Positions 9,871-18,300 of a stretch of 64,000 bases of DNA are shown here, one piece after another; the first letter of the stretch is position 1, and every line of letters starts with the position of its first letter. The notes beneath the pieces are model-generated. The model saw nothing but the letters and a program-made list of their open reading frames with translations, had not been told where the DNA came from and did no database searches. This DNA comes from a virus. Taxonomy: Duplodnaviria > Caudoviricetes. The position numbers and the translations under genes were made by a program. The stretch lies in the IMG/VR virus record IMGVR_UViG_3300028048_000055, positions 64,001 to 128,000 of that record; one strand, 5' to 3'.

Positions 9871-10160
9871 TGAACTATAGCAAAATTTATGATATGATTA
9901 TATATAGAGCACAAACAAGAGATAATAATGCATTATTGGAGGTTGAACGACACCATATACTTCCAAGATCAGAAGGTGGTTCTTCTAAAAAGACCAATCT
10001 TGTCGAGCTCACTTTAAAAGAACATTTTATAGCACACATGTTACTCATTAAAATGGGTAAGTGTTTGCGATATTGCTATAGACATTTAAATTCTAGTCGT
10101 GAATACGTAATCGAAAAACGAAAAGAACGTAAAAAGAAAGGCTTGTATTACGAAGAATAG
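9870..10160 (+). CDS. Short HNH endonuclease-domain protein
   Basis: ERHHILPRSEGGS..NLVELTLKEHFIAHMLL. Confidence 0.85.
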   Translation: MNYSKIYDMIIYRAQTRDNNALLEVERHHILPRSEGGSSKKTNLVELTLKEHFIAHMLLIKMGKCLRYCYRHLNSSREYVIEKRKERKKKGLYYEE

Positions 10161-10177
10161 AATGTTATAAATAATGT

Positions 10178-12532
10178 ATGATATTACAAGAAGTTTCTAG
10201 CTCAGTTATAAAGAATACTTATAAGGTATTTACAAAGTTATTATTTAATAATGACGCCTCCAAAGGCGAACAGGTTATGACCAGAAATGGTGAACCTGTT
10301 CTTGTTATGGGTGGTGCACAACAGACTGTTAATCAGTTCTGTGAACGTATGTTGGCGGATGCTTTATTTCATAATAATGCAGATAGGCGTTTCGAACCTG
10401 GAGCTGCTAGAATAGCTATTTCTGAATGCAAATGGAATCCACTTCTTGAACAAAACCCTGATTTAGATGCAACAAAATTAGGAATACTTAAAGATATTCT
10501 TAATTATATAACAGAACATCATAATGATCGTGCTATTATTTCAAATGATTTAAATGGTAAAACATATCAAGAATTATACAATAATTTTGGAACTGCAGTA
10601 AAACAAGCTAATGATGCAAAAAATGCAGAATTAGATAATATAAAATTTAAAAAGTCTGATCATGAATATAAAATAATTAGAATTGATACTTTTGAAGAAG
10701 CTAAAAAATATAATGCTTATACTAATCCAAATTCAAGATGGTGTCTTACATATTCTATAGAAAATTATAATTCCTATCTAAATTATGGCAAAAATACAAT
10801 GTATTTTTGTTTACGAGATGATATTAATACCGTAGAATATAAAGTCGGTGAAAATTGTCCGTTAGATGACTATGGCAAATCAATGCTTTGTGTTATAGTC
10901 AATCCAAGCGGTGAGCTTAGTACTTTTACTACACGTTGGAATCATAAAGATGCAAATGGTAAAGCAGTAGCCGCAGATAAAGGTGTTGGCGATAAAAAGA
11001 CAATCAGTGAACTTATTGGCGCAAATTTTAATAAAGTATTTATTCCTGACGAAGAAAAAGTTAAACATGCATTAGAAGTAGTTAAGCGTTATCATTTAGA
11101 TAATATAGATGATTTAAATGAAGATGATTCTTTATTTGTTAATGAAATAAATAGAAATTTAGAAAATCTTAATGATGAATTAGTAGATGAATATAATCCT
11201 GATTCTGATGAAACTGACCCAGATGATATGAGTTGGGCAGATATATTAGACTATATTAATTGGGATCTTACTAGAGCATTTGGCGGAGATGTTGCTGGTT
11301 TCCTAGACGCAGAAAAATGTTCAGCACATGAAAATGTTTTATTAATATGCACTTCTAATAATTACTTTAAATTGATGCACCCAATAATAGGTCACAATCG
11401 TACAATGGAATCTATTACAAATTGGTGTGATGATATTAAACCAATTCGTACTAATAGAAAAAATGGAATATTTGCAGTAAAAGAACATAATGAAACTTAT
11501 TATAAATTAATTACTGTAGATTTAGAATATGGTGAGTTAAAAAAATTACAATTAGATTTTGAAAATAAAATTTTATTTGCACATGTTCCTAATGACCTAG
11601 CTAATAGTAATGAAATTTTTATAACACTCCCAGGTAATAAATTAGGTCTTATTACATTTTCACGCGATTATAAAACAGTATCTTTAAAAGCAAAAGATAT
11701 AGATTTACCTGAATCTTATATTGTTAATAACAATTATGCAGATTTAATTTGTGGTGAACATAAAAATGATAATTTATTATTTAAAATAAAAAATAATGCT
11801 AGTGGAAAATTTAATTTAATATATCAAAAGCATGGATTTAAATTAGAACTTGCTCCTGAAGATGAATTTGAAATAGTTGATAATGATTATGAGCTTAATC
11901 GCTATGTTGAAGAAAATAATATAGATGATATAACAACAATGAATATTCCATTAATTGTTTATGCTAATGATAAACGATATTTGATTGACTTGAAAACATT
12001 TAAATCTCTTTTTGATAAAAAGGGAAACGTTGATTACACCCAAGATGTTAGATTATTCTTCCGTGCTACAGATGAGGAAAAATTCAGTAGTTTTCGTGAT
12101 GAATTAAATAAACATAATCTTGAAATGTATTATTTTAATAAAGATGGTTCTATAGATATTGGTAAAATTGATAATATATATTGTAGTTTATACATGTATT
12201 GCAGTATGGGAGATGAATCAAAATATAAAGGTAAAACAATAATGTTTGGATATACTGATCCCGAATGTACAAAAATTGCAATATTTGATTTTGAAGGCAA
12301 TATGTTATATAAAAGTGAAGAACCAATAGAATATCTTAAAAATATGAAAACAGAAAATAAAAGACATGTTAAATTAACGATTACTTCTTATGGTGATTTA
12401 AAGTTATCTTGTTTTTATGAACGTTCTTCTTATGTTTTACCTAATGATGTTCTACGAGAAATATCTAAAAATATAGCATCTGCAAAAAATGAATCTATCA
12501 TATTAAAATATGCAGCTTATTTATTAGATTAA
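10178..12532 (+). CDS. Large late protein, paralog of 18301..21294
   Basis: WCLT/YFC/YGKSMLCV/TTRWNH core and NES..AAYLL C-terminus shared with 18301 ORF. Confidence 0.75.
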   Translation: MILQEVSSSVIKNTYKVFTKLLFNNDASKGEQVMTRNGEPVLVMGGAQQTVNQFCERMLADALFHNNADRRFEPGAARIAISECKWNPLLEQNPDLDATKLGILKDILNYITEHHNDRAIISNDLNGKTYQELYNNFGTAVKQANDAKNAELDNIKFKKSDHEYKIIRIDTFEEAKKYNAYTNPNSRWCLTYSIENYNSYLNYGKNTMYFCLRDDINTVEYKVGENCPLDDYGKSMLCVIVNPSGELSTFTTRWNHKDANGKAVAADKGVGDKKTISELIGANFNKVFIPDEEKVKHALEVVKRYHLDNIDDLNEDDSLFVNEINRNLENLNDELVDEYNPDSDETDPDDMSWADILDYINWDLTRAFGGDVAGFLDAEKCSAHENVLLICTSNNYFKLMHPIIGHNRTMESITNWCDDIKPIRTNRKNGIFAVKEHNETYYKLITVDLEYGELKKLQLDFENKILFAHVPNDLANSNEIFITLPGNKLGLITFSRDYKTVSLKAKDIDLPESYIVNNNYADLICGEHKNDNLLFKIKNNASGKFNLIYQKHGFKLELAPEDEFEIVDNDYELNRYVEENNIDDITTMNIPLIVYANDKRYLIDLKTFKSLFDKKGNVDYTQDVRLFFRATDEEKFSSFRDELNKHNLEMYYFNKDGSIDIGKIDNIYCSLYMYCSMGDESKYKGKTIMFGYTDPECTKIAIFDFEGNMLYKSEEPIEYLKNMKTENKRHVKLTITSYGDLKLSCFYERSSYVLPNDVLREISKNIASAKNESIILKYAAYLLD

Positions 12533-12608
12533 AAAAATTAAATAAATTTTACAAAGTATCGCTTTTGCGATACTTTTTCTATATTTAATGTAAAAATAAG
12601 GAAACATA

Positions 12609-13445
12609 ATGAAGGTTCTAATTTTTGACATATCAAATTTAATGATGAGATGCCTTTTTGCACAGAAAGTAGATCCTGCAGAAAAAAGATTTGATTTATT
12701 CAAACTTACTTTTCTTGGTTCATTTACAAAGGCATTAAAACAACATAAACCAGATAGAGTTATCTGGGTTGAAGATTCTGAAAGCTGGCGAAAAGAAATA
12801 AATCCAGATTATAAGGCAAACCGTGCAGCAAAACGCGAACAGTCTACTGTTAATTTCGATGTATTCTTCCCGGTTGCAACAGAATTTTTCGAAAGCTTAC
12901 ATAAAGCATTTAGAAATATTCCATTTATCCGTGTGCCCAACGCCGAGGCTGACGATTGTATAGCCACGATCGTGAAACATAAGCCGGAATGGAATATTAT
13001 TAACATTTCATCTGATAAAGACTTTTATCAGTTGTTCAAATATCCCAACTATGCCCAATATGACGCTGTTAAGCATGAATTTGTAGAATGCTTGAATCCA
13101 GAACAGGCTTTATTAGTAAAGATTCTTACTGGTGATAAATCTGATAATATTCCTGGTGTTCAGAGAGGTGTAGGTCCAGTAAAAGCATTGAAGATTATCA
13201 ATGAAGATTTGGATAAATGGATAGATGAACAAGGACTGAGAGAAAAGTATGAGCTTAATACAAAATTAATCTCATTTAATTGTATACCTAAGGAAATCGA
13301 ACTCGCAATCTTGAAAGAACTTGATTCTTTTGAGTATCAAGAATTCGATGCTAAAGCATACTTTAAATTTGTTCAGATGAATGGACTTGTAGAACTTATG
13401 GACAATATGTCTGAATTTACTAATTTAATTAAAGGACTCAAATAA
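12609..13445 (+). CDS. rnh: T4 RNase H-like 5'-3' exonuclease (FEN1/PIN fold)
   Basis: FDISN, WRK..PDYKANR, EADD, SSDKDFYQL, GDKSDNIPG motifs. Confidence 0.92.
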   Translation: MKVLIFDISNLMMRCLFAQKVDPAEKRFDLFKLTFLGSFTKALKQHKPDRVIWVEDSESWRKEINPDYKANRAAKREQSTVNFDVFFPVATEFFESLHKAFRNIPFIRVPNAEADDCIATIVKHKPEWNIINISSDKDFYQLFKYPNYAQYDAVKHEFVECLNPEQALLVKILTGDKSDNIPGVQRGVGPVKALKIINEDLDKWIDEQGLREKYELNTKLISFNCIPKEIELAILKELDSFEYQEFDAKAYFKFVQMNGLVELMDNMSEFTNLIKGLK

Positions 13446-14059
13446 TGTACACAAAAGAAATATACGAGATTGACGATATTATTAAACTATTTAAAAGCAA
13501 ACTCGATATTGATGAATTGAAAGATAGACTAACAAAAAATCCATTAAACGAAGGCAAAGGTGCATCAAAAACAGGTGAATCGGAGGAACGACAATATATA
13601 AGCACTGTTCCAGAGCTTAATTTTGTCCATGCAAATGATATTATTAGTAATGACCCAAATGTGCATCTTGCATCATATAATCAGTATGAAGGCGATATAA
13701 TTTATTGTGAAGATAAAGAATCACTTACGGATATGGCAACATTGAAGGAAGCAAATACGATTAATTTCGATATTAAGATTTCATCAAGAGCGCCACTAGT
13801 AGAAGAGAATTCACCATATCCTAAATGGTTCGTAGGATGTATAACAAAAGATTCACTTAAAGGATTCGGTGCACCAAATCATTTCTATCTTTCGTTCTCA
13901 AAAAATTGTGATACTTGTGTAATCGGTGATTCATATTTAATTAAAAGAGATATTCAGCATAGTCAACTTCATTATAAATACACAAAGTCAAACGAAGCAT
14001 TTATAACGTTTAACCAGATGACAGAAGGCGTGCACTGGAAATATCTGTATAAGAGGTAA
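13445..14059 (+). CDS. Possible PD-(D/E)XK nuclease
   Basis: ESEE..EGDII..FDIKIS spacing resembles the restriction-endonuclease catalytic motif. Confidence 0.4.
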   Translation: MYTKEIYEIDDIIKLFKSKLDIDELKDRLTKNPLNEGKGASKTGESEERQYISTVPELNFVHANDIISNDPNVHLASYNQYEGDIIYCEDKESLTDMATLKEANTINFDIKISSRAPLVEENSPYPKWFVGCITKDSLKGFGAPNHFYLSFSKNCDTCVIGDSYLIKRDIQHSQLHYKYTKSNEAFITFNQMTEGVHWKYLYKR

Positions 14060-14568
14060 TGATGAGTAATATAAACTATAGTATGATTGTAGCAGTTTCC
14101 GATAACAATGTTATAGGAAAAAATGGTCAACTTCCATGGCATCTTAAAACTGATTTGCAAAGATTTAAAAAATTAACAGAAAATCATGTTATAATCATGG
14201 GTCGTAAGTGCTTCAATTCTATTGGTAGACCTTTACCTAATAGAACAAATATTGTCGTTTCTTCTAATCAAGATTTAGTCATACCTGGATGTGTAGTCAA
14301 ACCTTCTTTACAGTTTGCCGCAGATTATGCGAATTCCAAAAATGACCTTACACCATTTATTATCGGTGGCGGAACTTTATATAGGCAGGCTATAAATCTT
14401 GTTAATTATCTATACCTTACCAAAGTCCATACGACAATCGAGGACGGAGATACTTTCTTCCCTGATATCAATATGGATCAATGGGAAATATTGTCCCAGG
14501 AAGAGTTTAAAGCAGATAAAGACAATGATTTCGATACTACATATATGGTTTTAAAAAGAAAGCGCTAA
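14059..14568 (+). CDS. folA: Dihydrofolate reductase
   Basis: IGKNGQLPWHLKTDLQRFK, IMGRK, RPLPNRTNIV, IIGGG, GDTFFP. Confidence 0.97.
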   Translation: MMSNINYSMIVAVSDNNVIGKNGQLPWHLKTDLQRFKKLTENHVIIMGRKCFNSIGRPLPNRTNIVVSSNQDLVIPGCVVKPSLQFAADYANSKNDLTPFIIGGGTLYRQAINLVNYLYLTKVHTTIEDGDTFFPDINMDQWEILSQEEFKADKDNDFDTTYMVLKRKR

Positions 14569-14587
14569 TTTCTATTATAAATAATGT

Positions 14588-14923
14588 ATGATAGTAAATT
14601 TTAAAGAAGTCGATAAGAAAATTGAAAAAATCTTAAACATATTGGTCTCCAAAGGATTCTCGTATGAGATTTTTTCGGAAAAGAGATTTAATATAATAGA
14701 TAACAATGTAAATTTCGCTGAAAAGAGAAATATCGGAGTTATTACTCAGTTCAATGATGGTAAGATTTCAGTTAGAATCTATGGCCATAAGAATCGTCAT
14801 AAGCTGAAAGATATTATGAAAGTCAATGAAGTAGTAATTAAACCGTCTGAAGGTGTATCTGATGCCTCTTCTAAGACAACAAAGTTAGTTAATCATTACA
14901 TTAAATCCGTAAAATCATTATAA
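14588..14923 (+). CDS. Hypothetical late protein
   Basis: TATAAATA 4 nt upstream of ATG. Confidence 0.7.
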   Translation: MIVNFKEVDKKIEKILNILVSKGFSYEIFSEKRFNIIDNNVNFAEKRNIGVITQFNDGKISVRIYGHKNRHKLKDIMKVNEVVIKPSEGVSDASSKTTKLVNHYIKSVKSL

Positions 14924-14954
14924 ATAATATAAAGAAATTAGGAGATTAATTACT

Positions 14955-15341
14955 ATGGACTTTAAACAGCAATTTAAAGAATATTATGAAAAGAAGCTTC
15001 AGGAAGACTTAGCTGTCGCCCAGCAGTCAGCTGCAGAACAGAGTTATCAGACTCAGGCGATGAATAGTTCTCTTGATTCTGTCGTATTGAAATATGTCGG
15101 CAATGGCGACATTAAGGAAGGACTTAAGCAGCTTGCAACAGACCTCGGTACAGCAATTTATAATTATGTTATTTCCGACAAGTATGTTCAGGATGAGCTC
15201 TTCAATGCCCCGGATGACAAGGCTAAGTATGTTAACTTAATGACTCAGAAGATTCAGCAAGGTGCTTGTACAACTCTCGTTGACCTCTTGCGTCATATGG
15301 CCGTTGATATCTCTAACGCCAAGAATACTATTACTAAGTAA
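14955..15341 (+). CDS. Hypothetical late protein (possible internal head protein)
   Basis: Late promoter at 14919; AGGAG RBS; FKEYY..LQED N-terminus. Confidence 0.7.
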   Translation: MDFKQQFKEYYEKKLQEDLAVAQQSAAEQSYQTQAMNSSLDSVVLKYVGNGDIKEGLKQLATDLGTAIYNYVISDKYVQDELFNAPDDKAKYVNLMTQKIQQGACTTLVDLLRHMAVDISNAKNTITK

Positions 15342-15405
15342 TATTCAAAATAACTTTATAAATAAACGGTGTAAAAACCGTTTATTTTTTCTATATTTGT
15401 GAACA

Positions 15406-15723
15406 GTGTTTTATAAACAGATGGTGAATCTTTTAAATATTTGCAATTATACAAAACTGTCGCCACTTTTTTATATGAAAAATATAAAATCTAACGAGGT
15501 GACAGGTGATTTTGTATTTGTAGATTTATTAAGGCACAAAATTGATGTTCTATCTATAAAGGATAAATTTTTATGGTTTAAATGTAAACCAAAACTTATC
15601 AAGAAAGAACAACAATTTCTTACACTTTCTGAATTTAAAAGACTCCTGGTTCATAATAAAAAAGTAGAAGAAGAATTTATAGATAAATATATAGACTGGG
15701 AGAATAGAAATGAATCCTTATGA
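15406..15723 (+). CDS. Hypothetical protein (start uncertain)
   Basis: ORF after terminator/promoter unit. Confidence 0.55.
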   Translation: MFYKQMVNLLNICNYTKLSPLFYMKNIKSNEVTGDFVFVDLLRHKIDVLSIKDKFLWFKCKPKLIKKEQQFLTLSEFKRLLVHNKKVEEEFIDKYIDWENRNESL

Positions 15724-15931
15724 ACAATACATGTATAATGGTTCTTTGATAGAAAGTGTAAAAGATACTTTATTAAAATATGGCTATGTTTATGATGAAC
15801 ATCATGGCTGGTATAATGAGAATGAAAAATTCCTATCAGAAGATCAAAAGCGAATTGCTAGAATCGGAATCGAAAAGATGAAGAAAGCAGTCGAAGAAAA
15901 TAATAAGCTTATTAAAGAATTGAAACTTTAA
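15710..15931 (+). CDS. Hypothetical protein
   Basis: GGAG RBS; ORF. Confidence 0.65.
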   Translation: MNPYEQYMYNGSLIESVKDTLLKYGYVYDEHHGWYNENEKFLSEDQKRIARIGIEKMKKAVEENNKLIKELKL

Positions 15932-15934
15932 ATT

Positions 15935-15965
15935 AAAAACCCCAGATTATTCTGGGGTATTTTTT
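15935..15965. terminator. Bidirectional terminator between convergent genes
   Basis: ACCCCAGA/TCTGGGGT stem flanked by A- and T-runs. Confidence 0.75.
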
Positions 15966-16431
15966 ATGCATTTTTAATTTCAGCTTTCATAAGTCGTTTC
16001 TTGTTATTATCAAGGTCATCAGAACCCCAATGGTCTTTTCCACCGCCAAATATTTCAAGACACTTATCAGCTATTCCAGCCTTAAATCTACTTATACCGC
16101 TACATCTCCAGATGCCTCGAATAAAATCGTCAGCTTCTTCCCTTGAAAATATTCCAAGACCTTTTAATGTATAAAGACAGTCATGAACAATGGCTCCACA
16201 ATTATACTTCATGTTCTTAGAATCCCATTTAGGAAGGAACCAAGTAAAAGCAGACGGAATAGAAGCACCGTCAGTTCTGAAACCTCTATACAAAGATAAA
16301 ACAAGTTTATAAGTCTTGTCCTTTTTTATATATGTAACTATTATATTTGCAGGATTCATGAATGTATAAATTCCATTTTCCTTGCTTGTCATTATTTGTG
16401 AGTAGTTGATACTCTTTACTGTAATCGCCAT
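15964..16431 (-). CDS. DUF1353 family protein
   Basis: GFRTDGASIP, AIVHDCLY, SREEAD motifs; GGAGG RBS. Confidence 0.85.
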   Translation of the reverse strand: MAITVKSINYSQIMTSKENGIYTFMNPANIIVTYIKKDKTYKLVLSLYRGFRTDGASIPSAFTWFLPKWDSKNMKYNCGAIVHDCLYTLKGLGIFSREEADDFIRGIWRCSGISRFKAGIADKCLEIFGGGKDHWGSDDLDNNKKRLMKAEIKNA

Positions 16432-16478
16432 ATTATACCTCCTTTGTGGCCCTCTATATTATTTATTATAAATAAGAT

Positions 16479-17033
16479 ATGTTGAGTTTTACAGAATATA
16501 AGCAGCAATATAGTAGATATTTGAACCTTGTGGTCAAGTATTTACAAACTTACTTGTTGATAACATATCTTGGTAATTATGATATTCTACATGATAAGAA
16601 TGGCCGAAAGAATCCGAAATATCATCAGGCTACAAAGTTCCTTGACTATATGTTCTATGATGCATATAAGGATAGAACTATGGAAAACTTACTTAGCCGA
16701 GAAGGCACAGCAGTAAGGGAAGATGTTCCAGATGAATATCCGTATTATCATTTCTATGACCCAACACATCTTGATCAGATATTCCTTAGTGAGACACTTA
16801 TAAAGAACACATGGTTGCGTTTTAGACAGTTTATAGACCACGATTACTTTAGGGTAATAGAAACTTGTATGTCAGAATATAAGAGTCCAGAAACGTGTTA
16901 TATGGAGATTCTAGGACTATTATGTAGTTCAATCAATTTACCTATGCAAGATGAGTCTAAACCACCTGAAGGGGACGGATTAGATGTAGCTGATGAATAT
17001 AACGAAGAAATTCCTCCTGACGGTAATAAATAA
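16479..17033 (+). CDS. Hypothetical late protein
   Basis: TATAAATA 4 nt upstream; MLSFTEY N-terminus resembles T4 capsid-targeting sequences. Confidence 0.7.
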   Translation: MLSFTEYKQQYSRYLNLVVKYLQTYLLITYLGNYDILHDKNGRKNPKYHQATKFLDYMFYDAYKDRTMENLLSREGTAVREDVPDEYPYYHFYDPTHLDQIFLSETLIKNTWLRFRQFIDHDYFRVIETCMSEYKSPETCYMEILGLLCSSINLPMQDESKPPEGDGLDVADEYNEEIPPDGNK

Positions 17034-17051
17034 TATAAAGTAGGAGAATTT

Positions 17052-17366
17052 ATGACAATTAACGAAGCAAAACGAATTCTTAAAGAAAATGGCTACCTTG
17101 TAGAAGATACAAACAAAACAGAGATTGACTGTAGTAATTGGCACTGGGTAAAGTCAATGTCTAGTTATAACAATAATTACTATTACGATACTTTGAGTGA
17201 TGTTGAATTTTATCTTGAAGAATGCGATGAAGATTATGGAGATTATCTTTATTACGCCTGCGATAAATCAGGAAAGAAGCTAAAATACCTAGGATATACA
17301 AATCGTGAAGGTAGTGTTGAAAACTGTGAAGGTAAACTTGTATTAGACCCAAGTATGCCTACATAA
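17052..17366 (+). CDS. Hypothetical protein with EAKxILxxNGY motif
   Basis: AGGAG RBS; shared N-terminal motif. Confidence 0.75.
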   Translation: MTINEAKRILKENGYLVEDTNKTEIDCSNWHWVKSMSSYNNNYYYDTLSDVEFYLEECDEDYGDYLYYACDKSGKKLKYLGYTNREGSVENCEGKLVLDPSMPT

Positions 17367-17397
17367 ATAAAGTAGTTTATTATTAGTGAGTGAATTT

Positions 17398-17535
17398 ATG
17401 AAAGAAGAAAAACATTTTTGTGGCACTACTTGTGCGAATCCCGAAGTTAATGGTAATAAGGCAGATGCGGCTTGGAAACAAGTACCGATGTATAAACCTA
17501 GTTTATGGACTAGATTTATTTGGTGGTTAATATGA
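17398..17535 (+). CDS. 45-aa hypothetical protein (not in ORF track)
   Basis: MKEEKHFCGTTCANP...WWLI; ATGA overlap with next gene. Confidence 0.55.
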   Translation: MKEEKHFCGTTCANPEVNGNKADAAWKQVPMYKPSLWTRFIWWLI

Positions 17536-17831
17536 AGTTAGAAGAAGCTAAACAAATCCTTAATGATAATGGCTATCAGATTAATGAAATGATTGGTCCA
17601 TTTATGTTACAGGATTATACAGCTACATTTACAAATTCCGATTCTGGCGAAACTGTAGAAAAGAAAGTTAAAGCCTTTAATTTAGTTAACGCTGCTGAAC
17701 TTGCAAATAAGTATAGGCTCAAAGATGAAGATTTATCTTGTCATTATTCATTAACTAAGGTTGAATTAATCCCTGGCACATATAGATCAATGACTAATGA
17801 TGATCTTGAAGGTGATCCGGTAGGCGATTAA
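17532..17831 (+). CDS. Hypothetical protein with EAKxILxxNGY motif
   Basis: MKLEEAKQILNDNGYQINE. Confidence 0.75.
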   Translation: MKLEEAKQILNDNGYQINEMIGPFMLQDYTATFTNSDSGETVEKKVKAFNLVNAAELANKYRLKDEDLSCHYSLTKVELIPGTYRSMTNDDLEGDPVGD

Positions 17832-17902
17832 TCCTAGTATAAAAAATTCAAATATAAAACGTTAATTAATTTTAACGTTTTATTTTTTATTATATTTGTT
17901 TT

Positions 17903-18265
17903 TACATTTTTGAAGTCTATTTCCTCGGAGCGAAGACCAACTCAATGGAATTGTCGGTAGAGGGATAGCCGTTTCGCATGGAAATAGTCATGCGGGTTAA
18001 AAACTATGCAGTTTTTAATAACGAATCGGCAAATTGTCAAATTGACATGTCACGGTTAACGAAAATCTATTATCGAAGTATAATTATAGCAGAATTATAC
18101 ACTTAGCCGCCCTTGGTAGTATTAGGATGTAGCTGGAATACAGGAGGACCGATCCATAAGCCTAATATATAAATCCCGATGGTCGAAGACGATAGTCGTC
18201 TTCTAGCCTATCTTCCTGGATAGGCTCAAAGTCTCTGACGATAATTTTGACGTATGAGTATAAGA
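17903..18265 (+). ncRNA. Candidate large structured non-coding RNA (family unknown)
   Basis: ORF-free, GC-enriched segment with many nested inverted repeats; TATATT box at 17891-17896. Confidence 0.55.
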
Positions 18266-18300
18266 AGATATAAATATATAAAATAATTTAAAAGGATTTT

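Noticed and set aside
9870-10160. Active mobile homing endonuclease or intron
   Set aside because: Only the HNH core is present, with no DNA-binding extension and no interrupted host gene.
15410-15472. Riboswitch-like pairing (TGGTGA/TCGCCA) after the promoter
   Set aside because: The pairing is short, overlaps a possible coding frame and matches no riboswitch consensus I can recognise.
17903-18265. Group I/II intron, RNase P RNA or tmRNA identity for the structured region
   Set aside because: It does not interrupt a gene and lacks recognisable catalytic-core, GAGGAAAGUCC or tRNA-like end motifs; kept as an unknown ncRNA.
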